Virus record (IMG/VR): IMGVR_UViG_3300048609_000070
Direction: 5' to 3' (one strand)
DNA: 64,000 nt
DNA from: a virus
Shown here: positions 10,939 to 21,229 of the stretch, one piece after another
Position numbering within the stretch: position 1 is the stretch's first letter
How the letters are laid out: every line of letters starts with the position of its first letter
Notes under the pieces: model-generated
Database searches by the model: none
The model's input: only the letters and a program-made list of their open reading frames with translations
Told to the model about the DNA's origin: nothing
Program-made: the position numbers and the translations under genes

Positions 10939-11379
10939 TCACTCGCAATCCCACTCGCTAGAATGCCAATCGGGATGTACCGTTTTTTGTACTTTATCGA
11001 TCCCAGATTGTAAGCTTGCAATAACAAGAATAAACGCTGCTAGTGCAATTGAAGGGATCTTCCCTAACCAAAAATAGGTTGCTACAACGGCTGAGATTCG
11101 CAATAGGTATTTCAGGACGACCAATGTTCTTATAAAGATTTTGAAGAGATGATTCAGTTGAATTTTTAGTGCGTGATTTTCAGACCACAGCGTATCTCTG
11201 TCCTTCTCTGTCATTTTCTTCCTCTTTGTTTCTGTTGAAAATGTCCTGTGGAGCAGGTATGTATGAATCTCCGTTTGGGAACCAGAAATCGTATTTAATT
11301 TTCCAGAGCTAGAATTTGCTCTATCGTTGCAAATAGAGACATTTCTAACTTTTCGTCTATACCATATTAATTTGTGCAT
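10939..11379 (-). CDS. hypothetical membrane protein
   Basis: 146 aa with hydrophobic C-terminal segments. Confidence 0.3.
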   Translation of the reverse strand: MHKLIWYRRKVRNVSICNDRANSSSGKLNTISGSQTEIHTYLLHRTFSTETKRKKMTEKDRDTLWSENHALKIQLNHLFKIFIRTLVVLKYLLRISAVVATYFWLGKIPSIALAAFILVIASLQSGIDKVQKTVHPDWHSSEWDCE

Positions 11380-11400
11380 TAGAATTTCCCTGACCCTTCA

Positions 11401-12108
11401 TTAGTCCCCGGGTCTAACAAGGTATCGATTGCGAAATTTTTCAGCAGTGGGATCTTTATCTGGTGGAACCTCTTTGAGCTTAGACCGAGCTTCTGCCAGT
11501 CTTTTTGTTGCTTCTTCTTGCGTTTCACCAACAGAGACGAGCATTGCAGGATAATAAAATGTTGCGTGGAAACTGCCATTGGTTCCTTGAAATTGTGCTG
11601 TATAGTCGTCAAAGGAACCTTCCCATGTTGTAAATGTTCGTGTAGCATACCACGCTACCCACCACGTATTAAAGAAGTAGTCCCTGAACGTTGACTTATC
11701 ATCCCAATTAGGATCAAATACATGTTCTTCGTAGTATTCTTTTTCATACTGCTCGCTATATTTATTTTCAAGGTTTGGAAAAATGTGGTTATAGATGAAA
11801 GCATTCAGTATTGTTCCGATAGAACCGGGTAATGCGTCTATTTTAGCTACATTTTCTCCCATGTCGTTTTGGTCATACATAATATAGTCGTAGTGCGCAT
11901 CGTCGTCGGCTATCTTCAAGGAATGAACAATATTGGAATCCATCGAAAGTAAACTGATCGCAGCTTTTAAATTTTTCATTTTAATTTCCCTCTGCCCGTT
12001 AGGGCCATACCGTTGACGAACTTTTGCTTCCGGATACAGAGAATTCATTACAGAAAGGGCTTGTTCCACTTGAGGTTTGCGCGATAGATACTTCACCAAG
12101 AAGAGCAT
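11401..12108 (-). CDS. hypothetical protein
   Basis: 235 aa ORF. Confidence 0.4.
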   Translation of the reverse strand: MLFLVKYLSRKPQVEQALSVMNSLYPEAKVRQRYGPNGQREIKMKNLKAAISLLSMDSNIVHSLKIADDDAHYDYIMYDQNDMGENVAKIDALPGSIGTILNAFIYNHIFPNLENKYSEQYEKEYYEEHVFDPNWDDKSTFRDYFFNTWWVAWYATRTFTTWEGSFDDYTAQFQGTNGSFHATFYYPAMLVSVGETQEEATKRLAEARSKLKEVPPDKDPTAEKFRNRYLVRPGD

Positions 12109-13094
12109 AGTATCTGTTTAAAAAGTCTGTGACTTCCATTCCAGGTCTGGAGTTAAGATAAGGATAACCAATTCGGCGTTTCCTCATGAGATTCTGCTCC
12201 CAGAGATCGAAAGATCAATACGAGAATAATGATTTCCACTGACTGTTCGAGAAGTAGCAATCGATGAATACTTATAGCACGTATAGGAGCTACACTGACA
12301 ATTAGAGGAGCTATTTATTACCATATTTTTTGATGTGTTTCGTCGCATGAAGACCTGTAACTCCGTGTGATAGAAAATGTATACGGAAATGATTTTGAAG
12401 TAGCTGTAAGAAGAAAAGTACCGGTTCCAGCATACGATCTTCCACAACAAACTATGTTTGCCAAGCAGAATGAAGCAGGGCTTCTTCTTGATTTTTTAAT
12501 AGTTATTTCCATACATTGTCTTTTTCGAGCTAAAGGACCAAGGCGTTTTTCTTGCCAAGTTCTGAATGATAGTAGCTAAAGATTGTGAGTATGAATTATG
12601 TATGGAATCAGCTGCTGAGCTTGTTCTATCCCAGTTAAGTGAAAATGCTCTTGTGAGAGAAAAAGATGCAATACGTGATATATGTAAGTTCCTAAGTATC
12701 ATGAATTTGTTCTGCTTTCTGATCGATCAGTTTTTCTTGTTCTATATTGAATTAATTTAAACAAAGAGTGTGAAAACGACTTATGTTGAGAATCCGAGGT
12801 TGAATTTCTTCTCTTCCAAATAAGGTCAAACGATCTTGTGGATGAGTGCGATGACACATGCGATAAGTAGTAGTTATAATATTTCATTTTCCAAGCAGCC
12901 CAATGACGAAATATTCTACAAGGAGATCAGGATCAAATCCATGGTCTGCACCATTTTTTGAAGCTACGCGAATGGCCCATCTAGCAGCTTCTTTGACATC
13001 CTTCTCTATTTTTTTTCTCTTAGGAGCCCCCATGGCCACGTACATCGGCGTTGGTGGTGCATCTGTACCTTCTTTATATAGCCAATGATCTTTT

Positions 13095-13565
13095 TCAAGA
13101 GAAATTTTTTTCATACCACTCCTCAAATTCTGGAAATTTTATAGTTCTTTTTGGGTTATGCACGTCGTTCCAAGCTTTGATAGCTCCGTTTCGATCTACG
13201 AAGGATTTACCATTTTTTCGACAATTTTTGCAAAATACGACGTATTTTGACTGGATTTGTTTGATTCTAAGATTTCTCCCTTCGCACGCACAGGAATTTA
13301 GTATGTACCTATTTAGATAATACCTGTATTCATTCATAGAAATTTTGCATAGGCGCCGAACGTGGTTATCGTAAGGCTTGGATGACCCAATTTTTTGCCA
13401 GTCTTTTAGCCGGGCCTTGAGGAAGTAATAGGACTCTTCCAGATCATCGATGGAGGGTCCTTCCATAGATCCGTTTGCTGTCATGTGCAAGAAGCTAATG
13501 CACTGAAAAAGTTCGTATTTATACCTACTAACATTCTTTCCATTGATGGTATAGTAGCTCGTCAT
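13095..13565 (-). CDS. hypothetical protein with Lar-like (restriction alleviation) C-terminal zinc-ribbon domain
   Basis: 156 aa. C-terminus CKNCRKNG..NGAIKAWNDV resembles the Lar-family signature (NAAIKAWN). Confidence 0.35.
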   Translation of the reverse strand: MTSYYTINGKNVSRYKYELFQCISFLHMTANGSMEGPSIDDLEESYYFLKARLKDWQKIGSSKPYDNHVRRLCKISMNEYRYYLNRYILNSCACEGRNLRIKQIQSKYVVFCKNCRKNGKSFVDRNGAIKAWNDVHNPKRTIKFPEFEEWYEKNFS

Positions 13566-13749
13566 TTTTTTTACTCTCTCGGGCCTAGTGAACGGACTCT
13601 AGCCAGTCCCTTTCTTCTGGTGTTAGCGCGTACCAAGGTTCGTCCATTTGGTCTCGAATCTCGTCGGCTTCTTCTGAGTCTCCTTTTCCTTGCGCGATTA
13701 ACTCTTTGAGTTTTTCTTCCAATTCTAAATATTGTGCAAGCGCAGTCAT

Positions 13750-14328
13750 TTATTTCTCTTTCTGTGATCTTATAAACTCTTCCGATGGCATCCACTTTCT
13801 ATGTTCTAAGGATAATACCTCTGGAACATGCTGGATAAAGAGTGGATTATGCACGGAAGCAATGATTTGCACGTTGTGTTCTTCAACGATTTGATCGAAC
13901 AGCTTTAAAACAGTGTATGCTGATCGCACCGATAAAGACCCGTCAGGCTCGTCTTGGAATATCGTTGCGTTCTTTATCTTTTTGTTTTTCAAGCAAGAGA
14001 GAATACCTAATGTTGTTTCTCCATGCGAGGAGAACAGCGCGGAGACTTCCGCCAGTACATTATTTGAAAATCTTGGTTGAAGTCTTGGATTGTCCCTCTC
14101 GAAATCGAAGAAGTAAGTTACCGTTTTTTGATCGAATTTCAACTTTGCGAAGAACTTGCTCTTTTCTTTGTTTTCTCGATGTTGGGAATATTTTTTGCTA
14201 ACTCCTAACAGCGTAGATTTTCCAGTTCCCTGATCTCCTACGAGGAAGTTTATTCCTTTCCGGAACTCAAACTTGTCTCCTGTTTTGAAGCAACGGTGAT
14301 CGGATGCAAATGTAATTGATAGTAACAT
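13750..14328 (-). CDS. P-loop ATPase (AAA_15/ABC-like)
   Basis: 192 aa. Walker A GDQGTGKST. Walker B IFQDEPDGSL. Confidence 0.55.
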   Translation of the reverse strand: MLLSITFASDHRCFKTGDKFEFRKGINFLVGDQGTGKSTLLGVSKKYSQHRENKEKSKFFAKLKFDQKTVTYFFDFERDNPRLQPRFSNNVLAEVSALFSSHGETTLGILSCLKNKKIKNATIFQDEPDGSLSVRSAYTVLKLFDQIVEEHNVQIIASVHNPLFIQHVPEVLSLEHRKWMPSEEFIRSQKEK

Positions 14329-14506
14329 AGACTATTTCCACTTATTTTTTGGTACGATGCTAGACTTGGAGATAACTTCTGGCAGCCAACTTTTACGATC
14401 TGTTTGAGACCGTGCGTAATAGTATTGTCGCGTTTGTGCAGCAGATTTTACGTGTAGACTGCCGTATCTACTGTACGATTTGGATACCGACCAATGATTA
14501 TTCTTT

Positions 14507-14797
14507 TTAAGCATTTTTGTTTTGGTATTTGTCAAGGTCAATCCTGACATGCTCTGGAAGTTTACTTCGTTCGACAAGAAACCACGTCTTTGGTCTTCCG
14601 TCTTCTTCTATAAAGTCCTTTTTTTCTTCCGGTTTGTAGGCAATCGCCGCAGCCGTAAACATCAAGTTATCTACAAGACAGACGAGTAGAACATCGTCGT
14701 AGTCCTCATGGGCAAGTACTGCTGTTCGGCCAATGTGTGTAGCGTTCTTCTTTAGCCATTCTTCCTTGGGAATATCGGCGTTGATGTAGCAACCCAT
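14507..14797 (-). CDS. hypothetical protein
   Basis: 96 aa ORF. Confidence 0.35.
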   Translation of the reverse strand: MGCYINADIPKEEWLKKNATHIGRTAVLAHEDYDDVLLVCLVDNLMFTAAAIAYKPEEKKDFIEEDGRPKTWFLVERSKLPEHVRIDLDKYQNKNA

Positions 14798-15416
14798 TTT
14801 TCGTTCCTCCTATGCGTTTTGGGCATGCGTATCTACCTTCCGGCTAGGATTATAGCGGAAACACCGTTTTCGTCAAGCTATTTTTTTGGTGAGCTAAGGA
14901 ACGAGCGCGACAGTTACGAGACGTCCGGCGAGGTACTCGCGAAGGAAATCAGCGCTGGTAGCGAGCGCTGCAGAAACTTCTGCGACGGTGGTCCAGGTGA
15001 ACCACTTTGCAACGTCGATTGTTTGCCCTGGGTGCATGATCAGACCTGGGTAGCGATGCTTTGAAAAGTAGTTGTCTTTCAGGATCGTGATCTGGATTTC
15101 ATTTGGCGATGTATTCTTTAATCTGACAATCATTTTTTTCTCCTTATTTTTCTTTCAATTGTAGCATATTTTCTTGGACTTGCTATTAAAAACTGTTCCA
15201 AAGTTTTAGTCTAGCATTTAGTGTAGCATGGAAAACAAAGGAGAGATATCATGACACAGAAAGAACTCATGATTCTATTGGTCAAGACCAAGTTTGGAGT
15301 TACCCCCACAGAAGAGCAGCTTGCTAAACTTCAAGCATGGGCAAGAGACAAAACGATTCCTACGGATGCGTGGTTGGGACAGGCTGCAAAGCTCCTGGAA
15401 AACAAACCCGCTTAAT

Positions 15417-15719
15417 CTATTTCTTCTTCCAAAACGACAAATGTTTTTTTGCGTTCTCTACGAGTAGCCTTCCTGCAGGATCTTCTTGTTTCGATAGCTG
15501 TGCTTCAATAAAATTTACTTGGAGCTCTAGTTGTCGCTGACAGCTATCGACGGATATTTGCAGCTCTTGCTCTTCCTGGATAAGCTCTGCCTTGATCCTG
15601 CTGATGTCTTCTTGCATCTTTTTTGCATTGTAGAATAAGTTTAGCGCAGCAGCGATGAACACCAAATAGCCAACGGCTAAGGCGCTAATTGTTATAATTA
15701 CAGCTTTATTTTCGGACAT
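15417..15719 (-). CDS. hypothetical membrane/coiled-coil protein
   Basis: 100 aa. N-terminal TM segment then coiled-coil. Confidence 0.3.
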   Translation of the reverse strand: MSENKAVIITISALAVGYLVFIAAALNLFYNAKKMQEDISRIKAELIQEEQELQISVDSCQRQLELQVNFIEAQLSKQEDPAGRLLVENAKKHLSFWKKK

Positions 15720-16023
15720 TTTTGTTCCTTTTTTTAAATGCGATGTCTGCTAGTTCTACAAGGACATCTCCGTGGCAAGCTTGCGGAGAGCACCAGCATC
15801 CAAGGACCTTTCCGTGCAATCGCCATACTTTTTTGAGAAGCTCTTTATTTTTCAAAATCCATTTCTTATATTTTTCGATAACTTCGTCTCTATCTCCGTC
15901 TACGCCAATCATAAATGGATTTCCCCAGATTCCTTGTTTTCCTGTCTTTGGGCACTTTCCTCGTCCAATGTAAACATCATAAATTTGCTTTTGGCAGTGA
16001 ACAACGGAATTATTTGGTTTCAT
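15706..16023 (-). CDS. DUF4326-family protein
   Basis: 105 aa. YDVYIGR...WGNPF...CWCSPQACHGDVL signature of DUF4326. Confidence 0.5.
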   Translation of the reverse strand: MKPNNSVVHCQKQIYDVYIGRGKCPKTGKQGIWGNPFMIGVDGDRDEVIEKYKKWILKNKELLKKVWRLHGKVLGCWCSPQACHGDVLVELADIAFKKRNKNVRK

Positions 16024-16822
16024 TTTTACCTCCTTGCGTATCGAAGCTGTCGATAATGTTATTCATGATGTACTCTTTTGCAACTTCTGGATTTACTTTT
16101 TTGATTGTCAGTGCCAGATCGCGTAAGGGACATGTCAGGTTTGTACGTTGGGAAATTTCTAATAAATAAGGATTATTTACTGCATGGATATACAATGTAT
16201 ACTTACAAAGAAGCTCCCTGATTGATTGCGCTGCGGTTTCAAAACGTAATGAAAGATGGCTATGAGGGATATAACCATGGCAAATAAATTCACGCTCAGT
16301 ATTTATTATTTGATACCACATAATATGCACGTTTGTTTCTTTAATAACACGTTCAACAAATGCTTCCTCTTTTTTAGATAGTGTTTGATTGGGCATGTAA
16401 GAACTTTTGAATCCGATTTTTTCTGCGTCTTCCGAAAGCCAAGCTTTTACTTCCTTATTATCTGTCAAATTTTCCCATTCAAAATCTTGGCCAAGCAACG
16501 TGAGAGCATCGGATAGATACTCCCACGTAATATTCCCTTTTTCGTAGTCATCAATCAGAAATCTAAATAATCCTTCGTGGGACATCTTATATCCAAAGTG
16601 TAAAAGGAAATCGAAATTTCTTCTTACTTCAGGAATTTCGTGTATATGTTCAAATTTTTCTTTGTCTAAACGGGGTGGAGACTTGAATAAAATATTTGAT
16701 CTGAATAAAAGATTATTTCTGTTCTCTGCAGTGTTTGGTAGAAGCACTGGAGCAACATTTCTTCCACAAATAACGCCAATGTCCTCGTAGTCGAACATTT
16801 CTATTTCCCTCTTCCCACGCAA
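16010..16822 (-). CDS. hypothetical protein
   Basis: 270 aa ORF downstream of and overlapping the NTase gene. Confidence 0.4.
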   Translation of the reverse strand: MRGKREIEMFDYEDIGVICGRNVAPVLLPNTAENRNNLLFRSNILFKSPPRLDKEKFEHIHEIPEVRRNFDFLLHFGYKMSHEGLFRFLIDDYEKGNITWEYLSDALTLLGQDFEWENLTDNKEVKAWLSEDAEKIGFKSSYMPNQTLSKKEEAFVERVIKETNVHIMWYQIINTEREFICHGYIPHSHLSLRFETAAQSIRELLCKYTLYIHAVNNPYLLEISQRTNLTCPLRDLALTIKKVNPEVAKEYIMNNIIDSFDTQGGKNETK

Positions 16823-16919
16823 AAGAACACTAGGTAGATTATACCCGTAATAATGGATCCAGCAATAAACGAACTGATTGCAACAAGCATAAGGACGCTT
16901 CTGAAAGTATCTTTATATT

Positions 16920-18101
16920 TCAATATAGATCCCTTTCGTGTCGTTCTTTTATGACATCTTGGCATAGATCGTCCAAAAAATTGATGTCTGGAGACTTTGG
17001 AATAAACTTCAAATAAGATCCGCTCTGGTAGATGCTATCGAGCTCTGCTTCTATCGTATCTGCAAAGTCTATCAGTTCATTATACGTCCAGGCACCATTC
17101 CTAACTTCCAGTAACAATTTTGCACGTTCTTTGTCTTTAACGTTGAGTGTTCCTTTGGTTAGGATTTCCTTACATTGCATCATCAGCCGTACCAGATGAG
17201 CAGCGTGTTTGCAATCGTAGCTAAACTTTGCTTCTGACTCTGCCCTTTTTTTATTCCGTGTCAAAATCCAATTTTGGTACTGATTCCACTCTGTCAACGC
17301 ATTTCTATATTTCTTTTCTGCTTGCAGAACGACAATATAGTTTTCATCAAACTTGTACTTCTTCGATGCCGCAAGCTTTGCAAGCTCGAACAACTTTTCG
17401 CTATCGAGCATGGCAATCAGTGAGTTGCGATGCTCCATGGCAATTGCCATCATTTCCACGATTCCATCTTGGATAGAACTGACAATGCTCTTGTCAACTT
17501 CTGCTTCTTCGAGGAGCCACAGACGCGCCTGTTTCTCTAGCAAGCTCTCTGCAGCTCCTCGGTTCTCTGGAGAGATCAAGCCAACGTCAGGAAGTCCATA
17601 CTCCGACCTTTCTGGCTTATGCGTCGGAGGATGCATTAGCCAACGTCTGTGCGTATTGATTCTTTTGAGTTGCGCTCTGGCATAACCAGAAAAAGAAAAC
17701 TTGGCACGACCGGAGAGGAATTTTGTGGCGTTCTCTCGAACGGATCTTCCTGCTTCCGAGCAATACATTGTCTCGCTCGGATCGATAAAAAGAAGCTCGA
17801 TGATGCTTGGGTTGCACACTGCAGCCAATTTGAAGAACTTTCTGATGTCGTAGATAACGACGTCTGCCGGATCTTCTGAGCTGTTGTATATTTTTTTGTA
17901 GTCTTTTGGAAGCCAACGGAGATCCCGTGGAGTAATTTTTAGTTCTGTTTGCTCGAAGTTTTTGTGGAATGATCGGAAATAATCAACGGGTGGAATGCAC
18001 CAGCCACGGACATCTAAATCTGAGGTTTCTGTTGCCATTCCATAGGCGTGAGACCCGGCAATCACCAGATATTCTGTATGATCGAAAACGTCGAATTCCA
18101 T
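16920..18101 (-). CDS. Pol-beta superfamily nucleotidyltransferase, RlaP-like
   Basis: 393 aa. NTase motif GSHAYGMATETSDLDVRG (GS..G...SDxD). Paralog at 36071..36826. Confidence 0.5.
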   Translation of the reverse strand: MEFDVFDHTEYLVIAGSHAYGMATETSDLDVRGWCIPPVDYFRSFHKNFEQTELKITPRDLRWLPKDYKKIYNSSEDPADVVIYDIRKFFKLAAVCNPSIIELLFIDPSETMYCSEAGRSVRENATKFLSGRAKFSFSGYARAQLKRINTHRRWLMHPPTHKPERSEYGLPDVGLISPENRGAAESLLEKQARLWLLEEAEVDKSIVSSIQDGIVEMMAIAMEHRNSLIAMLDSEKLFELAKLAASKKYKFDENYIVVLQAEKKYRNALTEWNQYQNWILTRNKKRAESEAKFSYDCKHAAHLVRLMMQCKEILTKGTLNVKDKERAKLLLEVRNGAWTYNELIDFADTIEAELDSIYQSGSYLKFIPKSPDINFLDDLCQDVIKERHERDLY

Positions 18102-18104
18102 GGG

Positions 18105-18530
18105 CTATTCTCCTAAACAAAGATCTTTCAAGAACTGGTCAACTTTAGCTATTATCTTTGTGCAATTGGCACAAAGAGATGTTTTCCGAATCGGTAAGTT
18201 TGTCGGATCTGCTTGAAAGTTCCTGAGAAATACGTCTTTGTCAAATTCGCAAAGGAATTGATTGTTATGCCAAAGGCTCACTTTGAATTCAGGGAAGCAG
18301 ATCATGATGTCTATAGGGGTAGTTTGACTAAATTCCTTTGCATATTCTTGCGTAGCGGTCACGCTAAGTTTTATCCCATACCAGTAAAAAGTGCATAGAG
18401 AATTCTCGTTGTCTACTTCTTCTATTTTCGAAAGATTCAACGTGTCTTTGAGATGTAATTGAGAGACGTTTAAAGTTTTCATTTCTTTTCCCAAGGAAAC
18501 TTGTCTGAGATTTTGGGGACTGACATCCAA
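18105..18530 (-). CDS. hypothetical protein
   Basis: 141 aa ORF. Confidence 0.35.
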   Translation of the reverse strand: MDVSPQNLRQVSLGKEMKTLNVSQLHLKDTLNLSKIEEVDNENSLCTFYWYGIKLSVTATQEYAKEFSQTTPIDIMICFPEFKVSLWHNNQFLCEFDKDVFLRNFQADPTNLPIRKTSLCANCTKIIAKVDQFLKDLCLGE

Positions 18531-18719
18531 GCGACTATTTCTTTTTCTGCCAGTGGGCTACGACTTGCTTTCCACCACCCATGGAACCAATGGATGGTGG
18601 CAATTTCTCCCCCGCGCAAAACAGCAATAAGGACCGTGCTATCTTTTGGAGCTTTCTCTATTGGTTTCCATGGCCGGAAAGAGTTATTGACATAATCGGA
18701 AGTCATCTTGTCCTCCTTA

Positions 18720-19328
18720 TTAAACGCCCCCGTGATCTTTAGGGGGTGCCGATTCTTTTGTATATAGCCAATATAAGTGATTAATGAAAGAGTTTTCTTT
18801 AAGTGCTACCTCGTTATTTTCAGGTAGGTTTTTATTGATTGTCCAGGCGGATTCTGGACAAGATGCGTCCCAAGGTTTAGTTGGATATACGAATTTGGGA
18901 GGATCGTACCAATAAATAAGACATTTTTTAGTCTTACTGTCTATTTTTGTCATTTCGTAGAGTCCATGGTTATTATTGATTTCTATTGGAGTAAATAATA
19001 AAGAGGGTACGCCAATGAAGTCTATTCTTAGTTCCGGCATTCTTATACTGTAATTAAAATGTTGGAGTTCTTTTAAGCATACACGTGTTGTTACTAAGTA
19101 AATACTGGTGCAACCACATTCACTTTTTTGGAACATCGTTTCTATGGCATGCATTTTTATATTCGCATCGTTATACCATTCTTCTATTCGATGCATGGAT
19201 TTTTCTTGCTCTCGTGGATATTCTTGTGCTCGGGCGTTACCAATAATGCTGCGTATAGAAATTTGGTTAAATGCCATTTTAAACCTCCTCGATGGCCTGC
19301 TCCTAAAAATTTTTGAGACATTCTTCAC
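18720..19328 (-). CDS. hypothetical protein
   Basis: 202 aa ORF. Confidence 0.4.
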   Translation of the reverse strand: MKNVSKIFRSRPSRRFKMAFNQISIRSIIGNARAQEYPREQEKSMHRIEEWYNDANIKMHAIETMFQKSECGCTSIYLVTTRVCLKELQHFNYSIRMPELRIDFIGVPSLLFTPIEINNNHGLYEMTKIDSKTKKCLIYWYDPPKFVYPTKPWDASCPESAWTINKNLPENNEVALKENSFINHLYWLYTKESAPPKDHGGV

Positions 19329-19809
19329 AACGAAGAAATTTTCTTTCTAGTTGATTTCTCCCTGCAACAGATTCATAGGGTCTATCCACATTTTTTATGG
19401 AGCAGACATAAAGGAGACAATAACTATGGTCTACAAGTAGGTTTGGGCAATCTTCGATTCCGTCCTCATCATATTGACAAAACTCCCCATGGATTTTCGG
19501 TATTTCACTTGGAAAATACCAGCCACTACATAACGTCCGTTGGCCGTCACTTCTGATCTGTCGGAATCTCATGAAAATAATCTTTTGGCCCATTTCTATT
19601 TTTGACCAATCTTTTTCGGATACTCCATCGAAGCTGACTCCAAAGTAGTCTTGATCACTCGTCGTAAAAGTTTTTCCTACGCTGTCTACAGCAATAATTG
19701 TGTGTAAAACGGACGAAATTATTTGGATTTGCATGGCTATTTCTCCTTTACGCCAAAAATAAGTAAACTCACCTCTCCTTGCATTATAGCGAAATTGTCT
19801 GGAAGTCAA
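19303..19809 (-). CDS. hypothetical protein
   Basis: 168 aa ORF. Confidence 0.4.
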   Translation of the reverse strand: MTSRQFRYNARRGEFTYFWRKGEIAMQIQIISSVLHTIIAVDSVGKTFTTSDQDYFGVSFDGVSEKDWSKIEMGQKIIFMRFRQIRSDGQRTLCSGWYFPSEIPKIHGEFCQYDEDGIEDCPNLLVDHSYCLLYVCSIKNVDRPYESVAGRNQLERKFLRCEECLKNF

Positions 19810-19833
19810 GCGTTTATTTTTTGAGAAGCAGCA

Positions 19834-19860
19834 AAAAAATAGCCTGCACCATGCAGGCTA
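19834..19860 (-). terminator. rho-independent terminator (minus strand)
   Basis: Inverted repeat TAGCCTGCA/TGCAGGCTA followed on the minus strand by a U-run (plus-strand A6 at 19834-19839). Confidence 0.55.
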
Positions 19861-19949
19861 TTTCCACAGAATTCGAGCGAACACTTGAATTTTCTAGGAT
19901 ATCACAGATTTTTGCGGTTGTCAAGACTACCGGCCCGGCGGTAGTGGGG

Positions 19950-20210
19950 CTACCTAGGATAAACAAGTAAATCCATGAGCACAACTGTTACCTCGTTATT
20001 AACAGTCTCACTGATTGCAAATATTCTTAAACTCCTTCCAACGCGAAAAACGTGTATATTATTTTGGAGTAAGGCATGCTCAGGAAGGTCCTGTAGTTTA
20101 TCCCAGGATAATGTTTTAGCGCGCTCAAAAAATCGGACAAGATCATTACGTTGTTCTGTATTGACTGATTCTGCTCTCTCAAGAAATTTTTCAGGAGCAA
20201 CTATTCTCAT
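19950..20210 (-). CDS. hypothetical protein
   Basis: 86 aa ORF immediately downstream of rmlD. Confidence 0.35.
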   Translation of the reverse strand: MRIVAPEKFLERAESVNTEQRNDLVRFFERAKTLSWDKLQDLPEHALLQNNIHVFRVGRSLRIFAISETVNNEVTVVLMDLLVYPR

Positions 20211-21013
20211 TTTAAACGACCAATTTCTGCAAGGTATCGATCCATAGCATCCTGCCAGGTTGGAAGTTTACTAAGAGGAAACGAGTTCAAGGCAGAAAAT
20301 TTGAGTCGTCTTGCCGGAGCTGAAAAAGAATCACTGCAATCTGGAAATACGCGGGTTGTGCTGTTCTTTAGAATGTAACTTGCCCATTCATGGCGGCTGC
20401 AAAATCCTGAATTAGTAAGATGGTAAAGTCCATATTCTTTTGTCTTTATCAAATCAAGAATTGCAGGTGCTAGATCTGTTGTATAGCTTGGACAAGACAT
20501 CTGATCGGTAACAACCTTTATTTCTTTTTGACTTGCACAGCTTAGAATTTTTTGTACGAAATTATTTGTCACGCCTGATCCAAAGACCCAGCTAAGCCTG
20601 ATAACAAAGTGCCTCCTGCAAAAATGCTGAAGTTTACTTTTCCCATATGCGTTGATAGGGTTTGGAAGATCCGCGATCGTATAAGGAGTTCTCTTTTCTC
20701 CGTCGAAGACATAATCAGTGCTGAAATGCACCAAGGGAATGTCATGTGCTTCTGCTACAATGGCTAGATTTCTTGGGCCAAGTGCATTGACGGAAATTGC
20801 GTCTTCAACGTGTGTTTCCGCCAGATCTACATGATTGTACGCAGCGGTATTAATGATGCAATGCACTCCATCTAATTTATCTCGGATAGCACCGAGATTT
20901 TGGATATCAAGAGAAGCATGATCGTAGGCAACGACATATTTTTCCCTTTTATGGAGTTCTTTTATCAAAGCTTTTGCGAGTTGTCCGTTGCTTCCGGTAA
21001 TGAGGGTGAACAT
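20207..21013 (-). CDS. rmlD: dTDP-4-dehydrorhamnose reductase
   Basis: 268 aa. ITGSNGQL Rossmann motif. HFSTDYVFDG. YGKSK catalytic motif. Confidence 0.8.
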   Translation of the reverse strand: MFTLITGSNGQLAKALIKELHKREKYVVAYDHASLDIQNLGAIRDKLDGVHCIINTAAYNHVDLAETHVEDAISVNALGPRNLAIVAEAHDIPLVHFSTDYVFDGEKRTPYTIADLPNPINAYGKSKLQHFCRRHFVIRLSWVFGSGVTNNFVQKILSCASQKEIKVVTDQMSCPSYTTDLAPAILDLIKTKEYGLYHLTNSGFCSRHEWASYILKNSTTRVFPDCSDSFSAPARRLKFSALNSFPLSKLPTWQDAMDRYLAEIGRLK

Positions 21014-21229
21014 TGCGTACCTTCCTCGCGATCTTCTTTAGTTAGTTCTTTCTTCCATTGATTCCGCGCTTGACGTTTGATGTGGATTCGTGCGATTCTT
21101 TTTCTTCGATGTGTCTGAGATGATCTTCCGTCGAGACGGGTAACTCTCGTTTTCCGACCACATAATCTTGCACCAGAGACGTCAGTATCTCCGTATTGTA
21201 GTCTCGTCATTCCGTATGGATGCATGCCC

